Below are positions 32,637 to 42,247 of a stretch of DNA of 61,573 nt, in pieces (the stretch's first letter is position 1; the number at the start of each line of letters is the position of its first letter). The DNA is from a virus (taxonomy: Duplodnaviria; Heunggongvirae; Uroviricota; Caudoviricetes). Under the pieces are notes generated by a model. That model saw only the letters and a program-made list of their open reading frames with translations, ran no database searches and was not told where the DNA came from. The translations under genes and the position numbers were made by a program. The stretch spans positions 1-61,573 of the IMG/VR virus record IMGVR_UViG_2778261122_000001; one strand, written 5' to 3'.

Positions 32637-32941
32637 TGACCACTTTTACCGACAAAGAACTGATTAAAGAAATTAAAGAGCGTATCAGCAGCCTTGACGT
32701 GCGAGACGATATTGAGCGCCGTGCTTATGAAATCGCACTCCTATCTCTGGAAGTAGAACCAGATGAACGCGAAGCTTATGAATTATTCATGGAAAAGCGT
32801 TTTGGTGACTTAGTAGATCGTCGGAGAGCAAAAAACGGCGATAACGAATACATGGCATGGGATATGACTCTCGGTTGGATCGTCTGGCAGCAACGAGCTG
32901 GTATCCATTTCTCAACAATGTCACAGCAAGAGGTGAAATAA
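32636..32941 (+). CDS. Hypothetical early protein
   Basis: 101-aa ORF, ATGA overlap with neighbours. Confidence 0.45.
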   Translation: MTTFTDKELIKEIKERISSLDVRDDIERRAYEIALLSLEVEPDEREAYELFMEKRFGDLVDRRRAKNGDNEYMAWDMTLGWIVWQQRAGIHFSTMSQQEVK

Positions 32942-33291
32942 TGGAGCCATACAGCCTCACACTCGATGAGGCCTGTCATTTTCTCAAGATATCCAGACCG
33001 ACTGCCATTAACTGGATACGCACAGGGCGTCTTCAGGCAACACGCAAAGATCCCACTAAGAATAAATCTCCTTACCTCACAACACGACAAGCCTGCATTG
33101 CGGCTCTTCAGTCTCCGCTGCATACTGTCCAGGTGAGCGCGGGTGATGGCATAACAGAGGAAAGAAAATGTCACTCTTCCGCAGAGGTGAAATATGGTAC
33201 GCCAGTTTCACATTGCCGAACGGTAAAAGATTTAAACAGTCTCTTGGAACAAAGGACAAAAGGCAGGCGACAGAACTCCATGACAAGCTAA
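32941..33291 (+). CDS. xis: Excisionase-like DNA-binding protein
   Basis: [36 protein letters not shown] pattern directly upstream of int; 3' extent uncertain. Confidence 0.45.
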   Translation: MEPYSLTLDEACHFLKISRPTAINWIRTGRLQATRKDPTKNKSPYLTTRQACIAALQSPLHTVQVSAGDGITEERKCHSSAEVKYGTPVSHCRTVKDLNSLLEQRTKGRRQNSMTS

Positions 33292-34331
33292 AGGCTGAAG
33301 CATGGCGGGTCAGCAAACTTGGTGAAATACCTGATATAACGTTCGAGGAAGCGTGTGTCAGGTGGCTTGAAGAGAAAGCACATAAAAAATCACTGGACGA
33401 TGACAAAAGCCGGATCGGATTCTGGCTTCAACATTTCGCAGGAATGCAACTAAGAGACATTACTGAATCAAAAATTTATTCAGCAATGCAGAAAATGACG
33501 AACCGGCGTCATGAGGAAAACTGGAAACTCAGGGCAGAAGCATGCAGAAAAAAAGGGAAACCTGTTCCAGAATACACGCCAAAACCAGCGTCCGTTGCAA
33601 CGAAGGCTACGCATCTTTCATTTATAAAGGCCCTACTAAGAGCCGCAGAGCGTGAATGGAAAATGCTGGATAAGGCACCAATTATTAAAGTGCCTCAACC
33701 AAAGAATAAACGGATCCGCTGGCTGGAGCCCCATGAAGCACAAAGGCTGATTGATGAATGTCCGGAGCCATTAAAGTCTGTTGTTGAATTTGCACTGGCA
33801 ACAGGCTTAAGACGCTCGAACATCATCAACCTTGAATGGCAACAAATAGATATGCAGCGCCGGGTGGCATGGATAAACCCGGAAGAGAGTAAATCAAACC
33901 GCGCAATTGGCGTTGCGCTGAATGATACTGCATGTCGCGTATTGAAAAAACAAATCGGGAATCATCACCGTTGGGTATTTGTGTACAAGGAAAGCTGTAC
34001 CAAACCAGACGGAACGAAAGCGCCAACAGTAAGGAAGATGCGGTATGACGCAAACACAGCCTGGAAAGCGGCGCTGAGACGGGCTGGTATTGATGATTTC
34101 AGATTTCACGACTTGAGACACACCTGGGCAAGTTGGCTGGTTCAAGCCGGAGTCCCGTTGTCAGTGTTACAGGAAATGGGAGGCTGGGAGTCTATCGAAA
34201 TGGTTCGTCGATATGCTCACCTTGCACCTAATCACCTTACCGAACACGCACAGCAAATAGACTCGATCCTGAACCCATCGGTCCCAAATTTGTCCCAGTC
34301 AAAAAATAAGGAAGGTACTAATGATGTGTAA
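33168..34331 (+). CDS. int: Tyrosine integrase, P22 Int type (thrW-targeting)
   Basis: [33 protein letters not shown] matches remembered P22 Int; C-terminal R...HxxR...Y catalytic pattern. Confidence 0.9.
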   Translation: MSLFRRGEIWYASFTLPNGKRFKQSLGTKDKRQATELHDKLKAEAWRVSKLGEIPDITFEEACVRWLEEKAHKKSLDDDKSRIGFWLQHFAGMQLRDITESKIYSAMQKMTNRRHEENWKLRAEACRKKGKPVPEYTPKPASVATKATHLSFIKALLRAAEREWKMLDKAPIIKVPQPKNKRIRWLEPHEAQRLIDECPEPLKSVVEFALATGLRRSNIINLEWQQIDMQRRVAWINPEESKSNRAIGVALNDTACRVLKKQIGNHHRWVFVYKESCTKPDGTKAPTVRKMRYDANTAWKAALRRAGIDDFRFHDLRHTWASWLVQAGVPLSVLQEMGGWESIEMVRRYAHLAPNHLTEHAQQIDSILNPSVPNLSQSKNKEGTNDV

Positions 34332-34345
34332 CTTATTGATTTAAA

Positions 34346-34392
34346 TGGTGCCGATAATAGGAGTCGAACCTACGACCTTCGCATTACGAATC
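34346..34392 (-). other. Partial tRNA-Thr(CGU) 3' end, 47 nt: attachment-site core between the two prophages
   Basis: Reverse complement GATTCGTAATGCGAAGGTCGTAGGTTCGACTCCTATTATCGGCACCA equals the 3' portion of E. coli thrW from the anticodon loop to CCA; 5' half absent. Confidence 0.8.
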
Positions 34393-34727
34393 TGTAGCAC
34401 CAATCATAACTATCTGTTTTAGCAAGCATTAACCGCATTCACTAACCTATAGTTGATGGCACAAACAGAAAGTTGATGCATGATGTTGCCATGTGTATGT
34501 CACAAATACGGCACAACGATCTTCAAACATGTAGCCACACATCCACAGAAGAGCACAAAGCCTTGCAATCCAGTGCAAAGCTTTGTGTGTTTAAATTTTG
34601 TCTAAGCATTCTAGTGAAAACATAGTAAAATCAGTAACGGCTGGAAATCATTCAATACTCGCACTATCGAAAGTTAACCAGCCAGCCGCAGTATCCTATC
34701 ATGACAAGTTACTGCGGCTTTTTATAT

Positions 34728-35024
34728 TTAACGGATCAACAGCCAGACCAGCAGACACACCACCACTGGCACAGCAAAATCCAACAAACTTCCCACATCC
34801 CACACGCGTGGATCAAAACCGCCCCACCACGGCATATTCATACGCTTGCCATGCCCGAACATTTCTATCCAGCGATATTCTGCCTGGGTGTGTTCTCGGG
34901 ATATAAAAAACACACACCCTATTACAGCCCCAGTTATCGGATCATTAAATAAACTCAAAAACAGAAACTGTAGCGATAATGATATTAGCACATGAATGAA
35001 ATGAGATATGTCCATACTTACCAA
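34728..35024 (-). CDS. Hypothetical small membrane protein downstream of tailspike
   Basis: 98-aa ORF with about three hydrophobic segments. Confidence 0.35.
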   Translation of the reverse strand: MVSMDISHFIHVLISLSLQFLFLSLFNDPITGAVIGCVFFISREHTQAEYRWIEMFGHGKRMNMPWWGGFDPRVWDVGSLLDFAVPVVVCLLVWLLIR

Positions 35025-36676
35025 CTCAAAAGAATATTTACATCACCTACGCTAATAGGATTTGGAGTGACATTTTGAAATGTTACCCTGACGATATTAT
35101 CGGAAACAGCAATAGCATCTGAAATTATACCTATTGGGAGATCATTCAACACTGTCATTTGTAGAGGAACTTCATTAGATATGATATATCCGGTCAATGT
35201 TCTTTGCATTGAGAACCTGCCACTTGCTGAAATCGTGCCAACATTCAACGTTGATTTTACTTTCTTTCCTGAATATGTAACACCATTCAAATCTATATGT
35301 GAGTTATTTATTAATGTCAACGCAGAATATCCTGAAAAATCACTATTAGCCCCGGCCTGCCTTACTACAGAGAATTTATCAGCTCGTATTGCAAAGTCAC
35401 CAGTTGCTTCCGATGCATTAATGTTATTGGTAACAACAACACCTCCATCAACACAGTTAATAGCATATGTTGCATTTCCTTTTATCGTTATGTTTCTTAA
35501 ACTTAAATAAGATGCAAACTGGCATGTGGCAAAAGCAATTGCTCCATCTGATAGATACCCATCTGAAAATTCAACAGACGAAGAATACCTTGATCCTATA
35601 CACGATTGAGTTCTCGGTTTAAAAATAGATCCGCCTTTAATATAACAATCCGCCGCATGCTCAACCTTAAGAGAGTCTTCCCCTGAATTGTAAGAAGTGA
35701 ATTCTGTGCCCCTCACGCTTGCACTGTACACACATTCAAGGGAAATATTAGCATTTGATATATGAACCCCATTAACCCCAAACTGAGATCCAGAGCCAGA
35801 AACAAGAACTCCACAAACAGAGCCTCCATTTACAATCAAATTGTTTGCATCCCAAACTACGCAACTACCACATTGTGAATCAGGGTAGTATCCACCTCCG
35901 ATAATGAGTCCGTAATCACCATCTGTTTCAACAGCAACATTTTTTATGCTGTATATATTTGATCTAAATTGTATTCCTTTTGTTGTTTTTATTATGGAAT
36001 TTATTGGTTTTGCCACAACCCCGTTAACTGGGCCTGAAATTATACCATTGTGACTCATATCCAATGTTAAAACATTTCCATCCTTGGAAATTATCATCGC
36101 TCCACATGAAATGTCTCTCCTGCCAGAAAGTATACAATATTTACCAACATGAAAATTATCTGCATTCTGAACAGAAACTTTAAATATACCAGTCAACACA
36201 TCATAAGAAACATCATATACATTAACAGGACTATAATCCACACCCAATATATTCAGAGGAATATTATCAAACTCATCATAATGTGAATAACCATCAGGAA
36301 TGTGAATATACTGCCCGTATTCTATCTGTGATCTAAGCTGATCGGGATCGTACTTCAGCACATTAGGAAAATAGAACTGCTGTGATCCATATGCATCGTA
36401 CACAGCCATAGAATGCCCTTGTACAGTAACGAACTTAGCAATCTGTCCGTTATATACTGGATACCCTGCGGCATTGATGACGATTGGCTGTGCAACAGGA
36501 ACGTGAGAACCATCTTCGTTTTCTACATAAACCTGAATCTGGTTTTCTGGATTTACCGGGTCAGTATCAATTTTACCGATATAAATTTTGCCATTGGCTA
36601 CGGCTTTAAAAGAACGCGCCATAGTGAAGAGTTGCGATGGCATCGATACGATCACATTGGCTGTAATGTCTGTCAT
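35018..36676 (-). CDS. Tailspike protein with P22 gp9-type N-terminal head-binding domain
   Basis: First ~110 aa ([43 protein letters not shown]) match remembered P22 gp9; remainder divergent. Confidence 0.85.
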   Translation of the reverse strand: MTDITANVIVSMPSQLFTMARSFKAVANGKIYIGKIDTDPVNPENQIQVYVENEDGSHVPVAQPIVINAAGYPVYNGQIAKFVTVQGHSMAVYDAYGSQQFYFPNVLKYDPDQLRSQIEYGQYIHIPDGYSHYDEFDNIPLNILGVDYSPVNVYDVSYDVLTGIFKVSVQNADNFHVGKYCILSGRRDISCGAMIISKDGNVLTLDMSHNGIISGPVNGVVAKPINSIIKTTKGIQFRSNIYSIKNVAVETDGDYGLIIGGGYYPDSQCGSCVVWDANNLIVNGGSVCGVLVSGSGSQFGVNGVHISNANISLECVYSASVRGTEFTSYNSGEDSLKVEHAADCYIKGGSIFKPRTQSCIGSRYSSSVEFSDGYLSDGAIAFATCQFASYLSLRNITIKGNATYAINCVDGGVVVTNNINASEATGDFAIRADKFSVVRQAGANSDFSGYSALTLINNSHIDLNGVTYSGKKVKSTLNVGTISASGRFSMQRTLTGYIISNEVPLQMTVLNDLPIGIISDAIAVSDNIVRVTFQNVTPNPISVGDVNILLSW

Positions 36677-36813
36677 TTAATTTGCTCCAGATACAAGGAA
36701 TCGCCGCAGCGTGGCTACGGTTGGTATTTGTTTGGTTTTTGAACTACGAAAATTTCGTAGTGCTATCCATCAAGGCCATCGCCGCTGAGTTGCTGCGGTG
36801 AATTTTGGGCATA

Positions 36814-36836
36814 AAAAAACCCAGCCGAAGCTGGGT
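36814..36836 (-). terminator. Intrinsic terminator after ant
   Basis: On minus strand CCCAGC-ttcg-GCTGGG followed by TTTTTTT. Confidence 0.55.
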
Positions 36837-36876
36837 CGTTGCGTTGGTTATTGACCTACACTTTTCGTGCAGGTAG

Positions 36877-37755
36877 TTAAAGTTTAATTGAGTGGCACGC
36901 TCTATCACGTATCGCTGCGAATGAAGCTATCTCTTTAAGTGCCCAGCTTTGCTCAGCCATTAAATGGCGAAGTGCTTTTAGTTCAGCTCTTACTGCTGAA
37001 ACGTCATACCCCGCTTTTGTCAGAATATTGATTAGTTTATACGCCGGGCTGCATTCAACGAGTGCGCTTCGGTCAAGAGCAACAGTATCACCGCATTGCT
37101 GCCTGATAATGGCGTAAGGTGCATTTTCAGCAAACCATGAAATCGGGAAGTTAATATCCAGTTTTGGCGCTGGTAACTCTTCTTGTTTGCCGATGAACTC
37201 GCCTTCAAGCACTACCCTGTGGATGTACTCTACGGCCAGCGGGATTTGTTCAATTGAAAGTTCATCAATGCTGTCAATACCAAAACGCTGATGAACCATA
37301 TTGTATGCATCGTCATAGCGAAGTCCTTTCTTTCCTACCAGCATGTTTACTGCATCGCGTAGCGGTGTTCTTTCCTCAACAGTGGTTTTCTTTCCTTTTA
37401 CATACTCGTCATGTTTGCGAATTGAAGGCAGAACTTCTGCTGTTACCCACTTGCGGAATTTGTGCGGGACTGAACCTTTATTGACTGCATCGCGGCAGCG
37501 CAGAACCAATGTATACATACCTGATTCGCTCACAATGCTTATATTCTGCTCACCACCAAGGGTGTAACTTAAAGTTACTCCCTTTTCATCGTCATCAAGT
37601 GCAGTAAGCGCCTTGCGTGAGTTAGTCAAAGCTAAAGCATCACAAACATCTTTAGCTACAAACCACGGCTCGCCGCACTTGTTAATGACGCGAATTTCAC
37701 TGTCGCCAAATTTGAAGATGGTGAAATCGTTTTGTGCCTTTGCTATACTTTTCAT
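36877..37755 (-). CDS. ant: Antirepressor Ant
   Basis: 292 aa, antirepressor-like N-terminal domain; arc-ant-tailspike order as in P22. Confidence 0.8.
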   Translation of the reverse strand: MKSIAKAQNDFTIFKFGDSEIRVINKCGEPWFVAKDVCDALALTNSRKALTALDDDEKGVTLSYTLGGEQNISIVSESGMYTLVLRCRDAVNKGSVPHKFRKWVTAEVLPSIRKHDEYVKGKKTTVEERTPLRDAVNMLVGKKGLRYDDAYNMVHQRFGIDSIDELSIEQIPLAVEYIHRVVLEGEFIGKQEELPAPKLDINFPISWFAENAPYAIIRQQCGDTVALDRSALVECSPAYKLINILTKAGYDVSAVRAELKALRHLMAEQSWALKEIASFAAIRDRACHSIKL

Positions 37756-37817
37756 GTCAATATTTCCTAATCCGATTTGTTGATACCGAAGCCCTGACTG
37801 TTACCGCAGTTGGGGCT

Positions 37818-38042
37818 TCAACTTTTCACTTCTTTAAAGTGCCTACCTTCTACAGTTGCTCTGAGATAAAAATTCTTATCTTTACCGTTTAGTGCTTCCC
37901 AAGCATCAACAATGCACTTATTACAGATGTGGACTTCTCGATAACCAATAGCTTTCCTGTCAATATTAGTGAACATAACAGTTTCTTTATCTGTCAATGT
38001 GGATGCATGACAGAAGTCGCAATCTATATAAGATACCTTCAT
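37818..38042 (-). CDS. Hypothetical Cys-rich protein inserted between arc and ant
   Basis: 74 aa with CDFC...CNKC spacing. Confidence 0.35.
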   Translation of the reverse strand: MKVSYIDCDFCHASTLTDKETVMFTNIDRKAIGYREVHICNKCIVDAWEALNGKDKNFYLRATVEGRHFKEVKS

Positions 38043-38197
38043 ACCGTTATCCCCTCTCTCTTCAGGCTGTCCATCACTCGCTTGTAAATCTCAGAGTTAA
38101 CAGATCGCCCGTTCTCTTCCGCCACCTTACGCACCAAATCCAATACTTCTTTAGGCCACCGCAAATTGAACTGCGGCATTTTGCTCATTCCTTTCAT
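38039..38197 (-). CDS. arc: Arc repressor
   Basis: Start trimmed to MKGMSKMPQFNLRWPKEVLDLVRKVAEENGRSVNSEIYKRVM; matches P22 Arc, 52 aa. Confidence 0.9.
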   Translation of the reverse strand: MKGMSKMPQFNLRWPKEVLDLVRKVAEENGRSVNSEIYKRVMDSLKREGITV

Positions 38198-38287
38198 ATT
38201 CACCTCACAATATAGGTCCACCGTGGACCTATTGAGAATATAGTAGAGTGCTTCTATCATGTCAATACACTAACTTGGGGTGATGGC

Positions 38288-38536
38288 ATGGCTAGAGACG
38301 ATCCGCACTTTAACTTCCGTATGCCTTTGGAAGTAAGAGAAAAATTGAAATTAAGAGCAGAGGCTAACGGAAGGTCAATGAACTCTGAGTTATTACAAAT
38401 CGTTCAGGATGCTCTCTCAAAGCCATCACCGATTGCAGGCTATCGAGACGAAGCTGAACGCTTGGCTGATCAGCAAGCAGAAATTGTTAAGAAGATGGTG
38501 TTTGAAACCCTGAAAAAAATGTACGAGACCAGATAG
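38288..38536 (+). CDS. mnt: Mnt repressor
   Basis: MARDDPHFNFRMPLEVREKLKLRAEANGRSMNSELLQIVQDALSKPSP matches P22 Mnt; divergent from arc. Confidence 0.9.
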   Translation: MARDDPHFNFRMPLEVREKLKLRAEANGRSMNSELLQIVQDALSKPSPIAGYRDEAERLADQQAEIVKKMVFETLKKMYETR

Positions 38537-38578
38537 GTCAATGTTTGTTCGTTGATATAAAATAACAAGGTATACATT

Positions 38579-39178
38579 GTGATTGAGATAGGCGTTATGG
38601 CCATCCTGAATCAAGAGCCAGGAAAAATTGAAAACGTTTTTTCTGACATATCAACATCTATCGAGCGTTCAATTTCAGACTTTGATCGCAGTCATAGCGG
38701 CTCTTTGTCTAAAAAACAGGCTTCTGAAGCTCTTAGCAAGATCTACTGCGTTATGTCACCTGTAGAGGAAGTTTGCAAAAAGTACATTACATTCATTGAC
38801 ATATTAAGTAATGGTACGGAAGAAGATATTTCCTCACTTGATATTCAACATGACGATGTAGATATGTTGAACGATCAGATATCTAAGCTTGATTATGGTA
38901 TCGCGAAACTGTTGTATACCTTCTTCATCGCTGAGAACAGCGATGCGTGGAAGCCCCATATGTCAACTCTTACAACAATGAAAAACCACTCAATAAATAC
39001 TTTTATAGAATACAAAAGGCTAACTATGGGGCTTGTGACGCTAGCAATGCAGCACATACCACTATCATATGCTGAACCTGAAGAGTTCACTGAAGAAGAG
39101 TTGGCTTCATTCAAGAAATCAGTTGAAGATTCACATAAAAGATTTGGCATGGAAGCACCAAAATGGAAAACCGCATAA
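38579..39178 (+). CDS. Hypothetical protein X1 (first gene of cluster downstream of mnt)
   Basis: 199-aa ORF, GTG start, AT-rich, no TM segment, no recognised motif. Confidence 0.55.
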   Translation: MIEIGVMAILNQEPGKIENVFSDISTSIERSISDFDRSHSGSLSKKQASEALSKIYCVMSPVEEVCKKYITFIDILSNGTEEDISSLDIQHDDVDMLNDQISKLDYGIAKLLYTFFIAENSDAWKPHMSTLTTMKNHSINTFIEYKRLTMGLVTLAMQHIPLSYAEPEEFTEEELASFKKSVEDSHKRFGMEAPKWKTA

Positions 39179-39582
39179 GCATTGTTGTAGATGCAGCGGC
39201 TGGACCATTAGAACAATACTTTGCGAAGGCTCTTGCAAACTACAAAAACAGAGGCACCGTTTCAGCTTATCTTGGTAAAATTGGTGGGTTTGAGAGAAAC
39301 CATCACGCCGTCTTATCGGGAATTTACAAGTCGCACATCAGGATCCCTGGAGTAGATGATCCTTGGTTAAAAACAACGCCAATACATCGTAGAGTTAGCG
39401 ATAACTTTTTGATATTTGCGGTACACAACACATATCCAATTCATATCCAGATCATTGCTATCATTAAACCTGATGGTCATGAGAAGGTAAAAAAACTATT
39501 GCCAGCCATCATTGATATAACTGAAAAAAGATTCCAATCTCTAAATGAGAGGGAGCTTAACTCGTTGATTTCATACAAATAA
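39163..39582 (+). CDS. Hypothetical protein X2
   Basis: 139-aa ORF overlapping X1 by 16 nt; no recognised family. Confidence 0.55.
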   Translation: MENRISIVVDAAAGPLEQYFAKALANYKNRGTVSAYLGKIGGFERNHHAVLSGIYKSHIRIPGVDDPWLKTTPIHRRVSDNFLIFAVHNTYPIHIQIIAIIKPDGHEKVKKLLPAIIDITEKRFQSLNERELNSLISYK

Positions 39583-39604
39583 AATATCAACTAAGGAGGT
39601 TGGC

Positions 39605-40027
39605 GTGTTTGGCATATTAACGAGAAGCAAGATAAAAAAATTAAGGGCGGAACTTGTCGAAACACAAAAATTAGCTTCACATTTTTACAAAATGAAACAC
39701 GACGCTGAAGAGCGTGCATTCGTTGAGTTATGCGACCTATCTATTCGTATGGGGGTAGAGCCAGATGTAGCGGCAAAAACTCAAGAAGGCGTTAATATAC
39801 TTGCAGATGTTGTTTTAAACAGACAATATGCGTTTTATCTAAACGAAAAAGCCATTCAAATTTACTCGCAAATTTTCCTCTTGGAAAAAAGGAGAGGAAC
39901 TCGCGATAGAGAAGAGTGGCTAAATGAAGTTGTTAAAAAATCTGGCTGGGAAGTTGTTTCATCAGAGCTACCTTTTATTTGTGCTGATTTAATCGAAGAG
40001 GCAAAAGAGCGCCTATCCGATGGTTAG
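39605..40027 (+). CDS. Hypothetical protein X3
   Basis: 140-aa ORF after GGAGG; no recognised family. Confidence 0.55.
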   Translation: MFGILTRSKIKKLRAELVETQKLASHFYKMKHDAEERAFVELCDLSIRMGVEPDVAAKTQEGVNILADVVLNRQYAFYLNEKAIQIYSQIFLLEKRRGTRDREEWLNEVVKKSGWEVVSSELPFICADLIEEAKERLSDG

Positions 40028-40059
40028 CCAAAGCCATCCTTGGCTTTATGGAGATTAAC

Positions 40060-40125
40060 ATGGTAACAGTTGGTTGGATTATCGCGTTCCTTATTGCATT
40101 TTGGGTTGGTCGTCACTGGCTGTAG
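40060..40125 (+). CDS. Candidate 21-aa hydrophobic peptide (MVTVGWIIAFLIAFWVGRHWL)
   Basis: ATG six nt after GGAG, following hairpin 40030..40047; overlaps 3' end of gene 16 on the opposite strand; below ORF-track cutoff. Confidence 0.3.
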   Translation: MVTVGWIIAFLIAFWVGRHWL

Positions 40126-42247
40126 TATCTTGCTGAGATAACCATGTGATAAACCCCGTGCGAGCAATGGTTTTTGCTTCATCTGTTGACAGGGTTTTCT
40201 CCCATCTCTTAAATGCATTAGATCGCATCAGCTTCCTTTCTATTACGCGTCTCACTTCTGCTCTGTCTACTGGTGCGTTTTGCAGACGAAATAGCATTGA
40301 TTTAAACTCAGGAGAGGACAGTAGAGCATCAGCAGCCTTTATCCTGCTTGTTTTCCCTGACATCAATGCAGCCGATATTACCCCTGAAGCACCTGCTCCC
40401 AAAAGGCCAAATGAGCTTGTAATTCCTTCCGCCGCAATAGCTTTTGATGCTATTCCATAAATTTTTGCGAGACTACCCTTTTCTTTCAGAAAGTTATTAA
40501 CTTGCTGATCCACAAGGCTACTAGCATACTGCTTACCAGTATTGAGTCTATTCATAGCCTTAGCTGCTTGATAAATCGTATCAAGGCGCTTTGATGCATC
40601 TGTGCCAATAGCATCACGGAGAGCCTTCATATTGGCCCCATTGCGTGACATTCCGTTATACCATTTTACAAATCCATCAACTCCTAATTGCTGACCAGGT
40701 GATTTGGCATAGCTGGTAAATGCTTTATTCATTGAGGTGAGCGCAACTTCCTGCCGCATATCCTTTGGAATCGACTTCATTAATTGCCTAAAGTCGCCAC
40801 CGTTTCCTTTTGCCATATTAACAACAGCACTTTCAACTTTTGGAATTGCTGATTGCTGAAGTTTTCTACCCAAGACGGTTACAGCATCATCTTCAATGGA
40901 TTTTCGTTTTTTTACCAACTCCTTACCAAGCGTCCATAATTCCCCTGCGCCATATTTTTCTGCGACAGCCTGTTGGTCATCTGTTATGGCTGCATATAAC
41001 TTTTTAAGAACACCTGTTTCTTCATCCTTGAATGGACCAGAGCCTTTGCCAATAGCTTGTCCAACCTGCTTTCTAGCGAGATCTAAACGCCCATACGTTG
41101 GCAAGGTGTTTGGATCAAGTCGGTTCAATGTCCGCTTCATTATTGGAGATAATTCATCAATTCCACCTATGTCATCAGCAAAATCCTCTAAAAAATTCAA
41201 TGTATTAGTTGCCTCAATCCGGTCTCTTACAGGTACCTTTTCGGCAATTTTGTTGTAGATGTTATCTGACTGATTTTGTAATGATGAAATGGTTTTATCA
41301 AAATTATCTGCAAGCCTGTCAGAAACCAGTTGCTTATCAAGGTTTCCCCCAAATGAAGTTATCATTTCATCAGCTTTTCTTCCTAATTCAGTAATAAAAC
41401 GCTTATGCGCCTCACTAATCTCTGTTCCAGGGAGACTTGCCACTGCATTATCAAGAGCCCTGACAGCAGGATTATTAGAGATCATGCCTGGAGTGGCATA
41501 ATTTTCCAGTTCTAGCTCACGAATAGCATTTATCGCGTTAAAATCAGGATTAACTTCATCGGCGAAATCTTGAATAGCTCGTTGCCCACCAATAAATTTA
41601 TTATCCATTGCACCAGCAGCTTTCTTTAACGTTGCTTTAGATGATTTACTGCCCATCCCTACGGATGAGCGATAAATATCTCCGGCACTATTTTTAATTT
41701 TTCCTGCAATCTTCCCAAGCGCTGGACCAACAATCTCGGCTACAGGGCCAGCCACAGCGCCAATAGCAGCGCCGGAAGCAACATCGCTATTTGTTCCATT
41801 GGCTACAATAGCCCCTTCTCCAGCACCAAGCCCTGCGGCGGCAGCCAGCCTTGCCGCCCCTTTGGGAACCTGAGAAATAATCCCACCACCACTAACAAAT
41901 GGCGCTGCTTGTCCAACAAACTCACCAACATCTTGTGCGGTTGATGGTTTTGCCGCTAACTTCTGCTGTAGAGACTGAATTGCGGCTTGCTCTTCTGGTG
42001 TCATATCCTGAAACAGGCCAACACCTTTACCAACATCCATCAATCCACTGAGAACGCCATACATAAAACGGTCGAAACCGTTAGCATTATTAACAACATT
42101 TTCCTGTCTGGAATTTTCCTCTGGCGAAACCAAAGGTGATTGCTGCTGTTCTGGTTGGGAATCAAGCACAAAGCCATCAGGAAGTTGTGAGTTATCAGGC
42201 TGTTCATCCAGAACAAACCCCTCTGGTAAACCTACATTGGTTGCCAT
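40091..42247 (-). CDS. Ejection (DNA transfer) protein, P22 gp16 type
   Basis: 718 aa, Gly/Ala-rich; position before gp20/gp7/gp14 as in P22. Confidence 0.75.
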   Translation of the reverse strand: MATNVGLPEGFVLDEQPDNSQLPDGFVLDSQPEQQQSPLVSPEENSRQENVVNNANGFDRFMYGVLSGLMDVGKGVGLFQDMTPEEQAAIQSLQQKLAAKPSTAQDVGEFVGQAAPFVSGGGIISQVPKGAARLAAAAGLGAGEGAIVANGTNSDVASGAAIGAVAGPVAEIVGPALGKIAGKIKNSAGDIYRSSVGMGSKSSKATLKKAAGAMDNKFIGGQRAIQDFADEVNPDFNAINAIRELELENYATPGMISNNPAVRALDNAVASLPGTEISEAHKRFITELGRKADEMITSFGGNLDKQLVSDRLADNFDKTISSLQNQSDNIYNKIAEKVPVRDRIEATNTLNFLEDFADDIGGIDELSPIMKRTLNRLDPNTLPTYGRLDLARKQVGQAIGKGSGPFKDEETGVLKKLYAAITDDQQAVAEKYGAGELWTLGKELVKKRKSIEDDAVTVLGRKLQQSAIPKVESAVVNMAKGNGGDFRQLMKSIPKDMRQEVALTSMNKAFTSYAKSPGQQLGVDGFVKWYNGMSRNGANMKALRDAIGTDASKRLDTIYQAAKAMNRLNTGKQYASSLVDQQVNNFLKEKGSLAKIYGIASKAIAAEGITSSFGLLGAGASGVISAALMSGKTSRIKAADALLSSPEFKSMLFRLQNAPVDRAEVRRVIERKLMRSNAFKRWEKTLSTDEAKTIARTGFITWLSQQDTTASDDQPKMQ

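Noticed and set aside
34346-34420. Complete tRNA gene
   Set aside because: Sequence diverges from tRNA-Thr in the anticodon stem; no acceptor-stem 5' strand complementary to the 3' end, so only the 3' 47 nt are tRNA-derived.
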